A stretch of 63,825 nt of DNA, counting the filler, from Rhabdomonas costata (Eukaryota), in assembly GCA_019059605.1 (NCBI GenBank). It is 27 parts of 27 records of this genome, joined end to end, with 100 filler letters (N's around TTAATTAATTAA, not from the genome) between each part and the next. Parts side by side here need not be neighbours in the genome. Positions count along the whole stretch, not along the records: positions 11,847 to 14,115 come from JAHMHO010004389.1; positions 14,216 to 16,484 come from JAHMHO010004390.1; positions 16,585 to 18,853 come from JAHMHO010004391.1; positions 18,954 to 21,222 come from JAHMHO010004392.1; positions 21,323 to 23,590 come from JAHMHO010004393.1; positions 23,691 to 25,957 come from JAHMHO010004394.1; 21 more parts are not named here. The stretch is one strand, 5' to 3'. The translations under genes were made by a program, and so were the position numbers. The notes beneath the pieces were generated by a model. It was not told where the DNA came from and did no database searches. It worked only from the letters and a program-made list of their open reading frames with translations. The number at the start of each line of letters is the position of its first letter. Position 1 is the stretch's first letter. Of this stretch, positions 11,847-25,190 are shown one piece after another.

Positions 11847-13906
11847 TTTTGGTGGGACCACGAAAATATCCCAACAACGCGCTTTTTGAAGGTGACTACA
11901 ACGCGGTACGTGTTGTTCTGCGATTTGGCCGGGTGTTAGTCCTTGTTGGCGGCTTTTATGGGATCTCATCCCCCTCTATTCATTGGGACACTGTCCAGGC
12001 GGCGAGATTGCACAGCTGCAGCGAATGTGCCGCTTATGTGGCCGCACGGCGGCAGCGGCAGCTGGCCTTTGCACCGAAAAAAATTCAAAATAGGAAGGAG
12101 CTCCGAGATTGGATCCCACAAAGAAAGGGGGGTTATAGGATCCCTCAAAGGGGGGGCAAAGGCTTCCTTTTTTTTTTTTTTTGCATTTTCGGCAGGTCCG
12201 GAAATGCACAGCTTGCTTTTTTCGTGACCCTCCTGAGTGGTCAGCTGAGGCTGAGGCTCCAGTTCTGAAACTGCTTGCTTGGCGGTTGCCAAACTGCGAG
12301 TGTCTTGTGTTTTAGTTTTTGTTGCTCAAGAAGCGCGTTTCTGGTTCAGTGAGGACTTTTAATTCCAAGCGAACCAAGAGCAGCACTACCGCTCGCCAAA
12401 GGGAAAAAGAGTCATAAGGGGAGGGTTATGGGATCCCATAAAGGCCTGCAACACAAACGTAAACTAACCCCTGGGACTTCTCAGCATTGTGGAATGGCAC
12501 ACACAGCTCTCCGTTTTTCTTCTTTGTTTTCTGCAAGGTCCCGACTTTTCCGGAAAGACCAACGTTTGAACGGGACAAAGAGCACGTCCCTGTTCGCACT
12601 CTCGTTGTCACTTTCGATGGCTGGTGTGCTATTCCTTCAAGATGTAACCGTGTTCAAGGTGTAACCGTGTTGGTAAGCAGTCCCGGTTCCTGGATGTGTC
12701 TGTCTACTTTCCCCAACTTCAGTGCCGTGGTCATTGTTTCTGGGGGAAAGGTGTGTTCTATGAGGTTCCCGTGATTAAACTCTGGGTTTCGGTTTGTCCC
12801 CTCCCTGTGGTGATAGTGAGGTCAAAAAGACGATGGTGTTTGCCATCATCTTTCAAAACGCGATAGTAAACTAATGAACTAACTAATGAATAATGGGAAC
12901 GCTGTGAATCCGATGCCAGGTGTAATTTTGAGTTCCGAAACTTGCTGGGTTGAGAATTCTTCATCGAGAATCACAAGACAGGAAAAGTGAGAGCGCGTGT
13001 TGTTAAATATCGTCTTTTTCTGGTCACTGAATCGTCTTTTTAAGAGGTGATTGTTAACACTGCGTGCTTTTTGACCACACAACCACCAGGGAGGGGGACA
13101 CACCAACGCCAAACTCCGTTTTCACCTCCCCATTTTTGCCCAGTGGGAAGCAAAACTTTGATCCCATTGTGCTTTTATGTTTATTTTTCTCCTTTCTCCT
13201 CTCAGCCCCAACGATCCCTATCATCCGGCTTCCATGCCCATCTACCAGACAGCCACTTTCGTTCAGCCTTCAGTGACCGAGTATGGGCCATATGACTACA
13301 CCCGCAGTGGAAATCCCACGCGGACGGCCCTGGAAACACTGCTGGGTGCGAGTTGGTGCGAGTTTTGAGGTTCTTTTTTCTTGAGTGCGGATGTGCTGAG
13401 AAGTCGTTGCCTTTTTTACACAGCCAAATTGGAAGGCGGTTATGCTGCCTTTGCGTTTACCAGTGGAATGAGTGCACTGGCCACTCTCATTCATCTGCTT
13501 CAGTCTGGCGACGAGGTTTGGGGAAGCAGAGGGGTGGGGGGAGCAGCGTTGGTTTTTGGCAAAGAATGGTCAGATTAGAGAGAAGAAGGAAAGGAGCATC
13601 AGTGCGCCCTGCCGCTACTGACTTTAGCAAAGAAACAGTGTTCAAGTGCTGAGGGTTTGGGTGCCCAGAGTGAACTTTCACCCTTGCCCCTTGTCCTGTG
13701 CATTTGGGTGTGGGATTTTTCAGGTGATTGCCTGTGCGGACCTGTACGGAGGTATGCACAGGCTACTAACACAGGTTTGTAGCCGCCAAGGGCTGAAGGT
13801 GCGCTTCGTGGACACCTCTAATCCTGCGCGACTTGAGCGGGAGATCAATGCCAATGTGGCGCTGGTGCACCTTGAGACTCCCAGCAACCCGCTCATGCGG
13901 ATCACG
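11847..13906 (+). CDS. Cystathionine beta-lyase-like Cys/Met metabolism PLP enzyme, partial (exons ..11905, 12538-12623, 13206-13345, 13424-13515, 13724-13906)
   Basis: Spliced ...ALFEGDYNA|VPTFPERP...VTFDG|CPNDPYHPASMPIYQTATF...YDYTRSGNPTRTALETLL|AKLEGGYAAFAFTSGMSA...GDE|VIACADLYGGMHRLL...HLETPSNPLMRIT. Family motifs YxRxGNPT, SGMxA, DxYGG and ETPxNP are present, and all phases match. Confidence 0.93.
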
Positions 13907-15968
13907 GTTGATGCGAAACGGAGTGTGTAGGCAAGGAAAAATACTGGGTTTTTTGGCCCCCAATTTTTTGGTGTCCCTTTGCAACAGCGGCGCTAAATTC
14001 TTACCAAAACAAAAAGGGGAGCCTGTGTGAACAAACCCATCACATACCGGAAAAGTATTGCACCAGAGCAAGAAATTGGAATTACTGAGTGTACTCATTA
14101 CTGAGACACACAAACNNNNNNNNNNNNNNNNNNNNNNNNNNNNNNNNNNNNNNNNNNNNTTAATTAATTAANNNNNNNNNNNNNNNNNNNNNNNNNNNNN
14201 NNNNNNNNNNNNNNNGTGGTGGGTGTGGTTGGTTGGGGTGGTGTTGAGGCTGAGATCTCGCGGGAGCGGGGGGGACATGTAATGGAGAATTGAGGTTGGT
14301 GGGGTTTGCTTGTGCTCCAGATGTGGCTTTATGGCGCGACTTTTTGTGTTTATCGTACAGGGCGCCAAAGAGAAATGTACGCGCCTTGTTGGTGGCCAGT
14401 GGGATAAACGGAGGTTTCAAATCGCAAAGGGGTCTCTCCCTCTCTCGCTTCTACTCATCAGAAACTGGCCTCAGCTACCGGAGGCTTTGCCCACATTTAC
14501 CCGAGTCGTTTGGAAGCGGAAAGGGAAGGGGCATCCCTTACAAATGTCTGGAAACATTCTCGAGCTTTGACCATGCCACTTGCGAGTGCGCACACTTGTA
14601 TTGGTAGCCACTGGGGGACACACATACAGCGTACACTGAAGGTTCGCGCAAACCAATGCACAAGAAAAAATAGAGAACCATTCGCCGTCGTCTTTTCCTT
14701 CTACTCGCCTGAGTAGGTGGAGGGCAAACATTCTGCGCACCTGTAAGAAATTCGAAAGAAAATGGATGGCAGTGGAAGAAAAAAATCCACCCTTCGCCAC
14801 ACCACAAGCCTACAAAAGAGTCCTGCTGAACTTGGTTGAAAGAAGACGGAGGGATTACCGTCATCGAACAACATCACTTGCAAGTCATTTACACAGAAAG
14901 ACCTGATGCTGTGCACTCCATTCTACAGGTAAAGGTACTACAAAGGCAAACACCCGCTCGTAATTAGAAACCCAAACCTTCGAAAACACAGAGAACCTGG
15001 GTACAACAGGATTTTTCACATTTTTGTTTCGCAATCGTTTTGACCGACCAAACAATCTTTCATGCAAACGGCCAATCTGATTTTTTTGTAACAGCTCACG
15101 ACCAATGAATGTCCAGCGTCAAAGGTCCTCTCTTTCTCTCTTTTGCAATTTCTTCTTTACAATTTCTCACAATAGTAAAAGGCCAACCCTGCTTAAGTGT
15201 TGGTTTGCTTTCGTACAGCTGATGTTTCTCCTCACTGGATGCATAGGTCGTCACCAATACGACGACCAATACATCTCCTCTTAGTCTACCCTCACACCTA
15301 ACGCGTTCAAAACAATTCGATTTTCCCTCTCGTCCAGCCGGAGTTCGGACTTACGAGCGGGGAAAACAAAGGTTACGTCCGCCGCGCGGCCGGTGAAGGG
15401 GGGATGACCGTCATGAAGAACAGTATAAAAACTCGAAATTGTCACAAATGATATGTCGGACCCGTCAAACGTTCGAGGTCACCCTCCCCAACACTCAAAT
15501 ACAGCTAAATACATCCGGCCCGAAAACTCATGCAAACCCTGTGAGTAGCATACTGCATACACACAAGCCATACAGCGAGTCACCAAAGTAATGGAAGCCG
15601 AAAGAGAAGGTGTGTTCCAAAATGTCGGCTCCCATCGGTTCTCCAGAGTGAAGAGTGCTTATGTGCACATCCATGCATCTACGCATTCATAAGTGTGGGG
15701 TGTGCGTTCCGGTACTGGTAAGGAAGCAAAGGCGCATGGGAGTCGGGTTTCCTGCGCTCCGAACATGCCAGCAGAGGATACGGAGTTGTCATGTGTACCT
15801 CCCATCCCCAGGGAAAGAGGAAAGCGAGGACCCAGATGCGGGACCTGTGCTTGGAGTTGCGGGGATAGGAGGGAACAGAAATGAATCCATACAAAGAAGG
15901 AACGCGTCATGAGGTTGTCTTGTGATTGACGTTTGTGTGTGTGCGCATGACGTTTGAGCAGGTTACAC

Positions 15969-16179
15969 CTCAGATGCGGCGGCGATGCCGGTCAGGGCAC
16001 TGAGTTTCACGGAGCGCCGCGTCGTACTCCCTCCGGAGGCCCTGCAGTGGTTCTCCACTGGGACTTCCTCACACTCCGACGGGTCAGTGCAGGACAGGTC
16101 CACCCGCGCCACCTGTGGTGCGCGCGGTGCAGCGGCCTGCCAAAAGCGGTCCCCACAACCCGAAGAATCGAACTGAGAC
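15969..16179 (-). CDS. Probable internal exon of an unknown protein
   Basis: GC-rich open stretch between the acceptor CCGCAG and the donor GAG|GTGTAA (SQFDSSGCGDRFW...GIAAASE). No family recognised. Confidence 0.3.
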
Positions 16180-19136
16180 CTGCGGCAACGTTTCGACAAA
16201 GAAGTGGCTGGCGCCCTTTGGGAAACAACTTCTTGCAAATGTTTGCCTAAAGAGAGGCAGTCTGCGGTTGGAACGACCAGGGAAGCATTTACAGCGAAGC
16301 ACAAGCGGGTGGAGCATCCTACAGAAGTGAGTCTCGGGGGCTTGCTGTTCTTGGTAATTCTTGGTTTTCAACCACGAGGACGAATCTGGAAGAATAGCAA
16401 TCGACTCGAAAATCAGAAAGCGCTGTTAGCCAGAATGTCACACACTATCTTCGCCACAAAGTGCTCCTTCACGTCCCACCACAANNNNNNNNNNNNNNNN
16501 NNNNNNNNNNNNNNNNNNNNNNNNNNNNTTAATTAATTAANNNNNNNNNNNNNNNNNNNNNNNNNNNNNNNNNNNNNNNNNNNNCATGAAGTGAGACCAC
16601 TCAAGCTGTGATGAGTAACAGTGCTGCATTCACACCAATAGACAAATCGTGACTAAGAATGCATGACAGGTGCATCACTACTACGCATGCGCCACTACGT
16701 GAATCCGTGCCTCCACAGGTACATTCACACGTAATGAGAGATAGTGACTAAAATGACAAAAATACAATTTCACTGCAATCATTACATGAAACTTCTTTGT
16801 ATTTAAGTTACTAAGTCTCAGTATACATACTCAGGCAGATACTTTTTGCAAGCGCAAAACATCATAAAATTGCTCAAAAATACCCACAGTTGTGTAAACA
16901 TGTAACACCTAGCAGTTATTGCCGTGTTACCTGTAATTCAAGATTCCCAATGAAAACATGAATACCACGCACAAACGCTGTTGCATCCAGTATAGCCCCG
17001 TAGACTTGGTAGAACATTCTATAAGGCTGTTAGAGACTAAATTTGCGTTTGGTACCTCTGATCATAGATCAAGAAAAATTACTGCGCCGCACACGTGACT
17101 GAGGACTGTATAATGAATTGCTACTGGCAAAAGTTTAATTCTGGTAATTAATTACACCTGCATGTCCACCTCGTTTTTCTCCTGTTTTTGGATAGTAGTT
17201 AGCTGAAACTCTATAAGCTGCATGTTTTCGAAAGGCCACCGTGTATCTACACAGGCAATACATCCAGAATGGCGAGGCACTTAGACTTTGCTTCCAGGTA
17301 ATATGACACGTTAAACTGGATAGTTTACTACAGATGTATTATTGTGCACGCTTACGGGCATTTTTGGAAAATGTTAAATACAAACCTTTGCCGAGAATTT
17401 GTACCATTCTATGGTTCAATACATGTCATTTGTTTTAAATTTATTTCCAGTTTCAAAGCTCCCTCTCTAATGATGTTCTTGAAAGCATTTTGTCTCTTGC
17501 TAATGAGAGCGCTACATCCAGTTGAACTCTTTTCAGTGTTGGAAATCAAGGAAATCCAGGCATGTACATGGTGCAGCGACAGTTGTTTGAGAACTAATGC
17601 TACCAGTAACATGGGGCGTAAGCTGTTTACTAGTATGCCTCCACTGTTATTTCGAAAAGAATTAAATTTTTGATGCTCGATCTGGACTCTGGATTTAATT
17701 TTGTCTTGTTTGTATTGATACTTCCTGCGCACAGTCATTCGGCGAGGTGGGATTCATTAGAATGGATGCTGCTGTTGGCATGGCGGCTTGTAAAACACTT
17801 AAACCTCTGAATCACCACAACTGCGCGGAGTATTATGGAGACTATTTACGAGAATTAAGTAGGGGTACTGAATTAATTAGGTTGGTATACACTCCACAGT
17901 GACAAACAACAACTCGCCTACATACATGCGATCCTACATACCAGGTTCAAAATGAGACCATTTGAATTGTAAATAAAATACAAAATAAAATTACAAGCAC
18001 GTTGAAAGACTAAAAACGTTTCTATTATTTTAAAAATTCACCAACGCTTTTGCATTGCCAACGATTTGAATTTGACATTTAGTTGTGAATATGATTTTGT
18101 TAACGCAATTGCATATTGCGTACTTATTCGTGTAGTAATATGATTGTTTCATGGGAAACTCTTGTATTATAACACACCATTGTTTGCATTGCACAATTCT
18201 TATTAGTGACTAAAACTTAATTGGTAAATAAAAGAAAAATGATTGAATTATCAGAATAACGACGCTATTTACAGTCATTTATTCAATGCAATTAACAGCT
18301 AATCTATTTTATGTAATTGATACTTTTTTGCCACAAATTGAATTCAATACACATGTCACAGAAGCTAAGATAATGTGCAAAAAATATATTAACACTTTAC
18401 AGCAGCGTTTAGGTTTTTAGCAAAGTCTAATAAGGCGTTTATTGGATTTGGCAAAATGAAGCTATTAATTTCTAATTCAACTGAAGTACACTATCAACTA
18501 GCATACGTCATGTTTTGTTGGAAACTGGAAAATGTTTATATGAGTACTGAGCTGAAGAACTAGCAATATGTGAGATTTATTACTGGTTTCACTTTTGCTA
18601 ACGTTGCTGAAAACTAAGTTATCAAAACATTTGAATAATTTTAAATACAACACGGGTAATAGAATTTGACGCATTGTTATACCAGGTTTGTATACAGTTT
18701 CTTATTAAACCTGCAAAAACAGTGAGTTGTATAGTTGATATCAAGCGCAAGAAGAGACTCTTTTGATTTATGTCGCTTCGCTTCGCTTTGCTGCTGTAAT
18801 AAGTCTGATGGATTATGCCCAATTATTATTCCCCTGTAATTCAACCAAAACAANNNNNNNNNNNNNNNNNNNNNNNNNNNNNNNNNNNNNNNNNNNNTTA
18901 ATTAATTAANNNNNNNNNNNNNNNNNNNNNNNNNNNNNNNNNNNNNNNNNNNNATCCCGTCCTGAAGCGCCCTACCTCCGCTCTCACGCGTTTTTGGTGG
19001 CGCAGCCTCCTGTAACTCCTTCGGTTTTCGTGTTCCCGCCCATTGCATCCCGTGGTGCTGTGCTGTTGTGCTCTGTCTTGCCTTCCGGGTTGCTAGAAAA
19101 ATGGAGGTTTCTGCAAGGAAACAACACATGCAAACC

Positions 19137-21130
19137 AGGGCCTCGGAGGAGGCAGAGGACTCGCCGAGCACCGCAGGGTGAAGCTTCTCTTGGGAGCTCA
19201 GCGCGGAGAGCAGCTCCAGGCAAACGACGGCCAAGTCCTGGTTGCCCGAGTGGCGCTCCAGGGCGGACATAATCGCTGAGGCAGACTCTGGGGGACAGAG
19301 GGTGGGACGGCAAGACATGCTGGCGACACACACATACACACTACTGTCGACTAACCGATTGACAAGCGACTCCTGCTGTTGGGAGGATTCTGCCGTGGCA
19401 TTCCGTCGCGGGCTGTTCCGGCTACCAGCTCCGGTCGGGAGGCTCCCCCATGGAAGTTTACCCTGCGCTGTGAGACTTCTGCGAGGCTGGCACAAGCAGT
19501 TAGTCAGCAGCTGGGTCTTGGGGTGGTGGGTTCCTCCCCTCGTGAATACTACACCGGATCTGCCGGAGAGACCATAGACTGTGACCCCTCCCTCACGCGC
19601 CGCTCTGCTCCTTCGGCACGCATTCTCCATCCCTGGCTCCTTTCGCCTTTTCCTTCCGCCAAGTCTCCCACACCAACTCAGCTCTGTTTCTTCTCTTACT
19701 GACCGCATGTATGCTGTACATGTATGGTTTTTTGTTGCTCACATCCACAAGCTATCTTCAAGCAGCCCACACACGCCAACACTCTGCTCTATTTCTTCTT
19801 CTTCTTCTTCTTCTTCTTCTTTTTCGCAACGCGTACCTCTTTCTTCGTACCCCTTTCCGGTTCGCTTGCTCTTCACGGATATTGTCGTGTGGTGACCAAT
19901 GGGCGATGAGCAATTGCTAACAACCGTGGCCGGCATTTTTCTGAACAGTTGACTCATAGGCAACAGTGCAATCAGCAAGCAGTCTTGGCAGTGATGGTGG
20001 GAGAGTGACGGAACGCCGTGAGGGGGACGAAGCGAATGGGCTTGAAGCCGTGTCTTCAATTGACCCTCGCAAATAATGGCGTACCCGAACCTTCCAGGTG
20101 CTGCCAATTCACCCTTCCTTCCAATCTCAACACTTCAACCCCACCCCCCCAGCCCCTTTCAGCATATTCACCGTGCCCATGATCCGTGGATGAACGGTGG
20201 TCCAATCTACTTGACTCCCATTACTGGCTTCCTCCTCCATTTTGATAGTATTCCGCCACCGTAGATCTATCAGGCTCAGGTGGCCTAAAAAGCCAAGCAC
20301 AGTCAAAAGCATACCGGCAAGCTCGGGGTAGATGACCTCGTTGAAACTGAGTATCCGCAGGAGCACGGTACCCGCAATAGTGGCCTCCTGGGACCCTACT
20401 GTGGGATCTCCCAGCAGCGGCGCTAGAGCTCGCGCGGCCCCATTGGAGACCAGAAACTCTTGGATTTCCATGCTAGCTTCAACGTCCTGAGACACAAAGC
20501 CCAGATTTTAACCCAACGGTTTGGTACTGACAAACACCGAGGTAACTTTTTGAACCGAAGCCGGGAAAACCCCAACTGCAAAAGATTCAGAGCCACAGCG
20601 CCATTCCTTCTGGCGATCCCAATGCGGAAGGTTCATGGAAGCACAAGTGCGAAGAGCGCGACACACTAAATTGCGGACTCGCATGGCGCTAACAAGCAAA
20701 AAGAAAAACTGGGAACCTGCGTCGGTGAGCTCAGAATCAGCATGATGTTCAGGGCAGCTTGGCGAGCCTCCAAGGAAGAAATGAGATTCAGAGTGGACAC
20801 AAGCCCAGTCACCAATCCTGCGTAAACGAACAAACCGAAACACCGAAGTACATCCACACTACGACGAGAAGGTACACCTTGCACATATTTCTAAAAAAAA
20901 AGAAAGCACACTGTTAAAAGGCAAAAGCCTCCCATCGCAGAGGGATTATGCACATACCCAAAAACGGGAAAAAGAGTAAAGTTCAAAGAAAAAACGACGC
21001 GGGCTTTGCCTTCCCCCGATCGTTGCACAAAACCTAACCGATAAAGCTCTGCAGTCTCGAAAACGTCGTCCGAGAGAAACGTGAGCGGATAAAACCTCTC
21101 CTCCAACATCTCCGAAAGCACAGAACGTGC
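19137..21130 (-). CDS. Multi-exon helical-repeat (ARM/HEAT-like) protein, partial
   Basis: Phase-compatible exons: LSEMLEERFYPLTFLSDDVFETAELYRL|GLVTGLVSTLNLISSLEARQAALNIMLILSSPTQ|DVEASMEIQEFLVSNGAARALAPLLGD... and IMSALERHSGNQDLAVVCLELLSALS. These read as ARM-like amphipathic helices. Confidence 0.55.
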
Positions 21131-21322
21131 TCAGATCTTTGGGGGTTGGTTTCATACATCTCAAGAGAGGGAGCCTCGATATCTTCCTGGCAAACCACAA
21201 AGCTTCGAAGGAGCTTGCCATTNNNNNNNNNNNNNNNNNNNNNNNNNNNNNNNNNNNNNNNNNNNNTTAATTAATTAANNNNNNNNNNNNNNNNNNNNNN
21301 NNNNNNNNNNNNNNNNNNNNNN

Positions 21323-21468
21323 GTCGATTACTGCATTTACAATTGGGTTCCCGCACAGCCAGAATTGACGAAAAGTGATAAATCAGAGAATGCACGTCGA
21401 TTACTGCATTTACAATTGGGTTCCCGCACAGCCAGAATTGACGAAAAGTGATAAATCAGAGAATGCAC
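21323..21468. repeat. Exact 73-bp tandem duplication at a contig start
   Basis: GTCGATTACTGCATTTAC...AGAGAATGCAC occurs twice head-to-tail. Confidence 0.9.
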
Positions 21469-22396
21469 AAGTCACCCAACGGGATAAACTTGTTCTTCGT
21501 TCAGTAGAGAAGCAGCTCAACAGCCTGCAATGGGGCGCGATAAGAGCGAAGCCCCATGGCAAGTCGGGCATCTCCCCATCTCCGAAGGAGAAGCAGAGGA
21601 TGGCAGCGAAACCCACTCGCGCACACACAAAACCAAACCCACGAGAGTGTATCGCTCACCATTCGAGCGAAGAACACACTAAAACACAGGGAAGAGGGAC
21701 ATGGGCATGTCGAGCGCACGCACCGACGCAAGTGGTCTTCTCCGCGCACAAGGAGCATGGCGGCAGAGCAGAGCGAAAAACGTGGGGTGCTATCCTCTCA
21801 CACACTTGAACACACCCACCCACACATCACAACTGAGCGTCAGCAGGACAGAAAGGCCGAATCAGTCGCACACACATTCCCGCGATGTAGGGAGCTAACA
21901 CACCAAGCTTACGCCAAGGCGCAGGCAAGGGGTTCAAACCCTTCTCACAAAGAGACACACAAAAAACAACCAAAGAGCTGCGTGCTGAGATCGCGGTGAC
22001 GGAAGGACCCCGACATGCAGGAGATGGAAGGGGTTGTGGCGCCAGATGGCTGCACAAGGGAGCAAGCAACCAGCTAATCGGAGGCCGCGGTATCGTTCGA
22101 ATGCGTTTCCAGAGGAAATTGCCAATGAGAAGAATTCGGCAGTGCAATCAAGAAAATATTAACTAGGGGGAAGACGGGGGAAACTGAAAGAAACGAATGT
22201 GATATATGTGTCGAAAGGCGCCCTGACGACCAACTACATTCGCAAGGCTGGACGAAAGAAGAACAAGTGCAAGCGTCTGTGCACAAGTTGGGCAACGCAA
22301 GAAGAGGGGACCGGAAGATGGGGACACGGAGGGCATCGGTGCAAATTAACAAGGAACAAGAGAAGCACCAATAAGAGAAGCCCCCCTCCAGAATAC

Positions 22397-23580
22397 CTAG
22401 CATGACGAGCTCACCCACGCCCAATTCGCTGAGCACGTTCCCGAAGATGGCCCGCTCGAGGTCCCAGTCTTGCACGTCAAGGTGGAGCGGCACCACCCAC
22501 AGGTGCTTGCCGCCGTGCAGGAGGTGCAGGAGGTGTAGCTTGAGCAAGCGTCCACTTGAAAGATAAAGAACAAGCAAAAAAAAAGCTTACAAAGAGAAGG
22601 CAGGAAAGAAATTCTTTTCGCGGGAGCTTTATTCTAAAGGCTCGCTCTGGCACTCATATCCGCGAGCCTTTTCAAAACCAATTGGTAATCGAAAACACAA
22701 AGAAGGGGGAACCCGCCACGGTGGCACCCGGCTTGACAGGTAAATAGACGAAAATAGCTGGCCCGATGGGAGCTGGGAAGGTGGTAACACTTACCCAGTG
22801 CTACCAGAAAACTGGCTTAAAACTTATGCTAAATTAACATGCCAGCATTCTCAAAATGATTAATAATGTGTAAGGGGGTTGGGAAAACATTTCCAGTGGC
22901 CCAGATGATTGTGTTTGGCAGCTGAAAACTACTGCTGGCCAAGGACTCCAATGGCTGGAATATGGGTGGACAGCATACCGTAGTTTAGGGGCGAAGGCCA
23001 GCGGCGCGAAGGCCAGTCCGCAACGCGGCCGGAGCAGGGGGCTGCCCAGCTTAACGACTTTTAAAATATGCTCGAGTAGAAAAGAATATGACCACTGGTA
23101 ACGGTTGCAAATAATAACCGTTACCCCCCCACCCGCCAACCTCCATCGGCCAATGACAAGAAACAAAAAACAGAACAGCAGAACGATTGTTTTGGGCATT
23201 GTTGGAGGAATGGGACAGCGTCAGAGAAAGTGGCGGAGGCCATCGCGGGGCGGCTGCGGGGCGACTGAGGTGCGAAGCTGCCCAAGGAAACGCAATGCTA
23301 TGTTTCGCGCCAGTGTAGTGCAAAACGTGTAGAGGTGTCAGGATCAGTTATGGTGTGTTTGAAGAAATCGAAAGTAAACAAATAGAAGAGAGTTCGATGT
23401 GCTTTGCCCCCCCCCCGAAGGACATTTTTCAGTTCCGGTAAAAAAATTTAGAGTATACCAGTGACCAGTATAGTATAGTATAGCTGACTCATAGCCGGTG
23501 CCGAACGCTCAGCGCCCCCTGAAAAAACCTGAAGCTGGGCATGACGAGCTCACCCACGCCCACCCCGAAGTGCACGTTCC
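22397..23580 (-). CDS. Cys-rich protein ending in tandem PSI (plexin-type) repeats; last two exons (~23580-23529, 22554-22397 stop)
   Basis: GTCTSGWAWVSSSCPAS|VDACSSYTSCTSCTAASTCGWCRSTLTCKTGTSSGPSSGTCSANWAWVSSSC*. Shows the PSI pattern CxxxxSCxxC...CGWC...C; phase-1 GT-AG intron. Confidence 0.85.
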
Positions 23581-24021
23581 ACACACACACNNNNNNNNNN
23601 NNNNNNNNNNNNNNNNNNNNNNNNNNNNNNNNNNTTAATTAATTAANNNNNNNNNNNNNNNNNNNNNNNNNNNNNNNNNNNNNNNNNNNNCACACACACA
23701 CACCTGTGCATGCAATGACGATTTCGTACCCTGTCTGGGCCCTGTCTGGGTTCTGGGTTCATTCAACCTGAACGCGGAGGAGAGTATACGCTGTGTAGGT
23801 TTGGAATTATGCATTTCAAAGAAGCCCAGTCTCAGGGCTCAACCCAGGGATAGGGTCTCGGTCTGGGTTTTGGTTCCGATATCCTCTTGAAAAGCTGTCG
23901 GCCGCCAATGACTAAGAAAAAAAGGAAAGACCCTGTCACGGCACAACCACGGCCAATTGCGACCTACTGAAGTCGCAGTCTCCCACAATGGAAGACCGCG
24001 CAGGTGGCTGCGCACACATAG

Positions 24022-25190
24022 GAACACCGCTGATGTGATCTCCGTTTACACACTCGCTAGGCGGTCTTTTGTGTGGTTGATGGGTGTGCCTCTCTCAGGG
24101 GACGCCTTCCGATGTGCGGGGTGCCCTTTCCTGGGCAAGCCCGCGTGGAACCCCGGGGAGACTGTCGCTCTCAAGCTCACCGATGATGCCGTGTAAAGTT
24201 GCCTGAGGAACCACCGAAACGGGGGGGTTTGATGGGGTGTCCAGCTGGGACAGTCTGACCGCAACTGTCTGCCACCGCAGTGGGTATGATTAGCCTTTGT
24301 GAAGTGAAGTGAAGTGAACTATAGTTTGGTGAAAAAACAAACCGACCCCGAGGGCATCCCACAATGTCGCCAACCCCAGACTCCTACAAGGCACTGTCTG
24401 GGGTACCACTAAAATTAGACTAAAGTTTGTCTCGCCCAAAAATTTATCCGGCAGTCAAGATGCCGAGAGTTTCCAGTGGGGTCTTGAGTGCACTCCCTAA
24501 TTGGGAAGCACCATCTCAAGGTATTATCAAGGTATATTCCTTATGGGCCGACAGTGCCCCAGGATGCCAGACGGTAACATGCAGGGTGTGCCAAATTCCC
24601 CATATTTAATGGGACCTGTATTTGAGATCTACCTAAATAAGCCCGAAATGAGGACACTGCGGACAGAGAGCTGTCGTTTTTCTCGGCTAGTGGCTGTGTA
24701 ATACCAGAGATAGCTGAAATGGAATCGCGAGAAGGGAGATGGTGCGCGTGCGTCTGCATCCGCGATCGTTGTGACAGTCTTGTGAGCGTGAGAGGGGTAG
24801 CTCGCCACACCTGGGCCTCTTCGGGCATTGCCGGAGAGGTGTTTTACAGAGACGTGTGCGTGTTTATGCCCATCCACCGGTCATCCACGGCGCTGCGGCG
24901 AGTGTGCTGTTCGTTTTCACACTGCCCTGTGTAACCACATCGTTTGTGCTCTCTGTGCCTATATTTGGCTTCCTTTGCTTTCGTTTTATGGCGCCAGGTT
25001 TAATGAGGTCGGCTCGAGGGGAACTTTCGATGGCTTGCGCTCCTTTTTCCGCATGCTCACGAAATATGACTGGGAACCGAGAAGCGATCGCATCGGTTGG
25101 TATATTTGGTCCCATGTCAGACAACTGCTGAATAGTCCTGTGATGTTCTACCACTTGTTTCCGGTTCTACGGCACCCTGGGAGTCGTCAG
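24022..25190 (+). CDS. Unknown spliced protein (exons 24022-24083, 24708-24741, 24998-~25190)
   Basis: Three exons join in frame through GTGTGC and GTGCGC donors: [76 protein letters not shown]. Confidence 0.6.

Noticed and set aside
21323..21468. 73-bp tandem duplication as a biological minisatellite
   Set aside because: It is an exact two-copy duplication flush with the contig start, most likely an assembly or amplification artefact.
21885..21950. GGTTCAAACCC hairpin as a tRNA T-arm
   Set aside because: No acceptor, D or anticodon stems could be built around it.
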